Virus record (IMG/VR): IMGVR_UViG_3300005611_000172
Coordinates: 1 to 25,933 of that record
DNA from: a virus
Lineage: Duplodnaviria > Caudoviricetes
Length of the DNA stretch: 25,933 bases
Reading direction: 5' to 3' (one strand)
The notes below the pieces were generated by a model. The model searched no databases. It saw only the letters and a list, made by a program, of their open reading frames with translations, and was not told the DNA's origin. The position numbers were made by a program, and so were the translations under genes. This document shows positions 25,479-25,933 of the stretch, one piece after another (within the stretch, counting starts at the first letter, position 1; every line of letters begins with the position of its first letter).

Positions 25479-25494
25479 GTGTTCTTCTCCTTCA
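25315..25494 (-). repeat. 16-bp direct repeat TGAAGGAGAAGAACAC (encodes KEKNT, contains an SD)
   Basis: Exact copies at 25315-25330 and 25479-25494, at the 3' ends of two consecutive genes. Confidence 0.85.
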
Positions 25495-25933
25495 TAAAGG
25501 CAACCCAATGCGTCTTTGCGGCTTTTCCTGATCTATGACCATATAGTGGCTTCTGATCTGTTAGTGCAAGAACCTCGCGCAACGGGATGTCTACCTCGTT
25601 CCATTTAAATATCAACGTGCCGTGTGGCTTCAGAACGCGGAAACATTCAGCGAAACCTGCCCTGATGTCATCCATCCAGGTTTCTTTGTTCAGTAATCCG
25701 TAGCTAAAACCAGTGACCGACTTCATTGAAATGTTTCGCACATGCGGCGGGTCGAACACCACATGATAAAATGATTCATCCTCATATGGCATGTCACGAA
25801 AGTCATGTATGCGGTCTGGAGCAATTACTTTAGGTGACCTGCCCTGTTGTGATGGCAAATGATCGATTTGCATTTCTCCTTCGCGACAGTCTGCGAACAA
25901 ACACCGATCATCTGACTTGTCGAACCACATCAT
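25475..25933 (-). CDS. SAM-dependent (probably amino-DNA) methyltransferase, 5'-truncated
   Basis: MWFDK, DFRDMPY, VFDPPH and ECFRVLKPHGTLIFKWNE motifs. The ORF reaches the window edge and the SAM-binding motif I is probably upstream. Confidence 0.88.
   Translation of the reverse strand: MMWFDKSDDRCLFADCREGEMQIDHLPSQQGRSPKVIAPDRIHDFRDMPYEDESFYHVVFDPPHVRNISMKSVTGFSYGLLNKETWMDDIRAGFAECFRVLKPHGTLIFKWNEVDIPLREVLALTDQKPLYGHRSGKAAKTHWVAFMKEKNT

Noticed and set aside
1-25933. CRISPR array, diversity-generating retroelement, integrase/att site, lysis cassette
   Set aside because: No regularly spaced repeats, reverse transcriptase, recombinase or endolysin motifs were seen by eye in this window; they may lie outside it.

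Overview
This window is about 26 kb of a tailed dsDNA phage (siphovirus-type) genome, with every credible protein-coding gene on the minus strand. In transcription order (high to low coordinate) it runs: a 5'-truncated DPPH-type methyltransferase, ninB and ninG, small accessory genes with their own promoters, a ~400-nt non-coding or regulatory region, a PD-(D/E)xK-like protein, an SF2 helicase, a zinc-finger-only primase-like protein and a DnaJ-Zn-finger/OB-fold protein. The structural block follows: terS, terL, portal, three small very basic proteins, a MuF minor head protein with a C-terminal metallopeptidase and an unannotated downstream 59-aa ORF, scaffold, P22-type capsid, head-tail connectors, tail tube, frameshifted tail chaperone, tape measure, distal tail, hub, tail tip, a fibre, and a LamG/SPRY lectin-like fibre running off the left edge. 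No integrase, repressor, lysis genes, tRNA or CRISPR were seen. Four signals stand out. (1) A nested, highly base-paired ~310-nt RNA element lies upstream of the nuclease-helicase operon, with a 43-codon leader ORF and an ~85-nt counter-transcribed small RNA, resembling antisense-controlled replication control. (2) There is a MuF-metallopeptidase toxin/immunity-like pair. (3) Two basic ORFs look like the split halves of a giant-virus protein. (4) A promoter-RBS cassette is duplicated. All family assignments come from motifs recognised by eye, and RNA pairings were found by hand; no database search or folding program was run.
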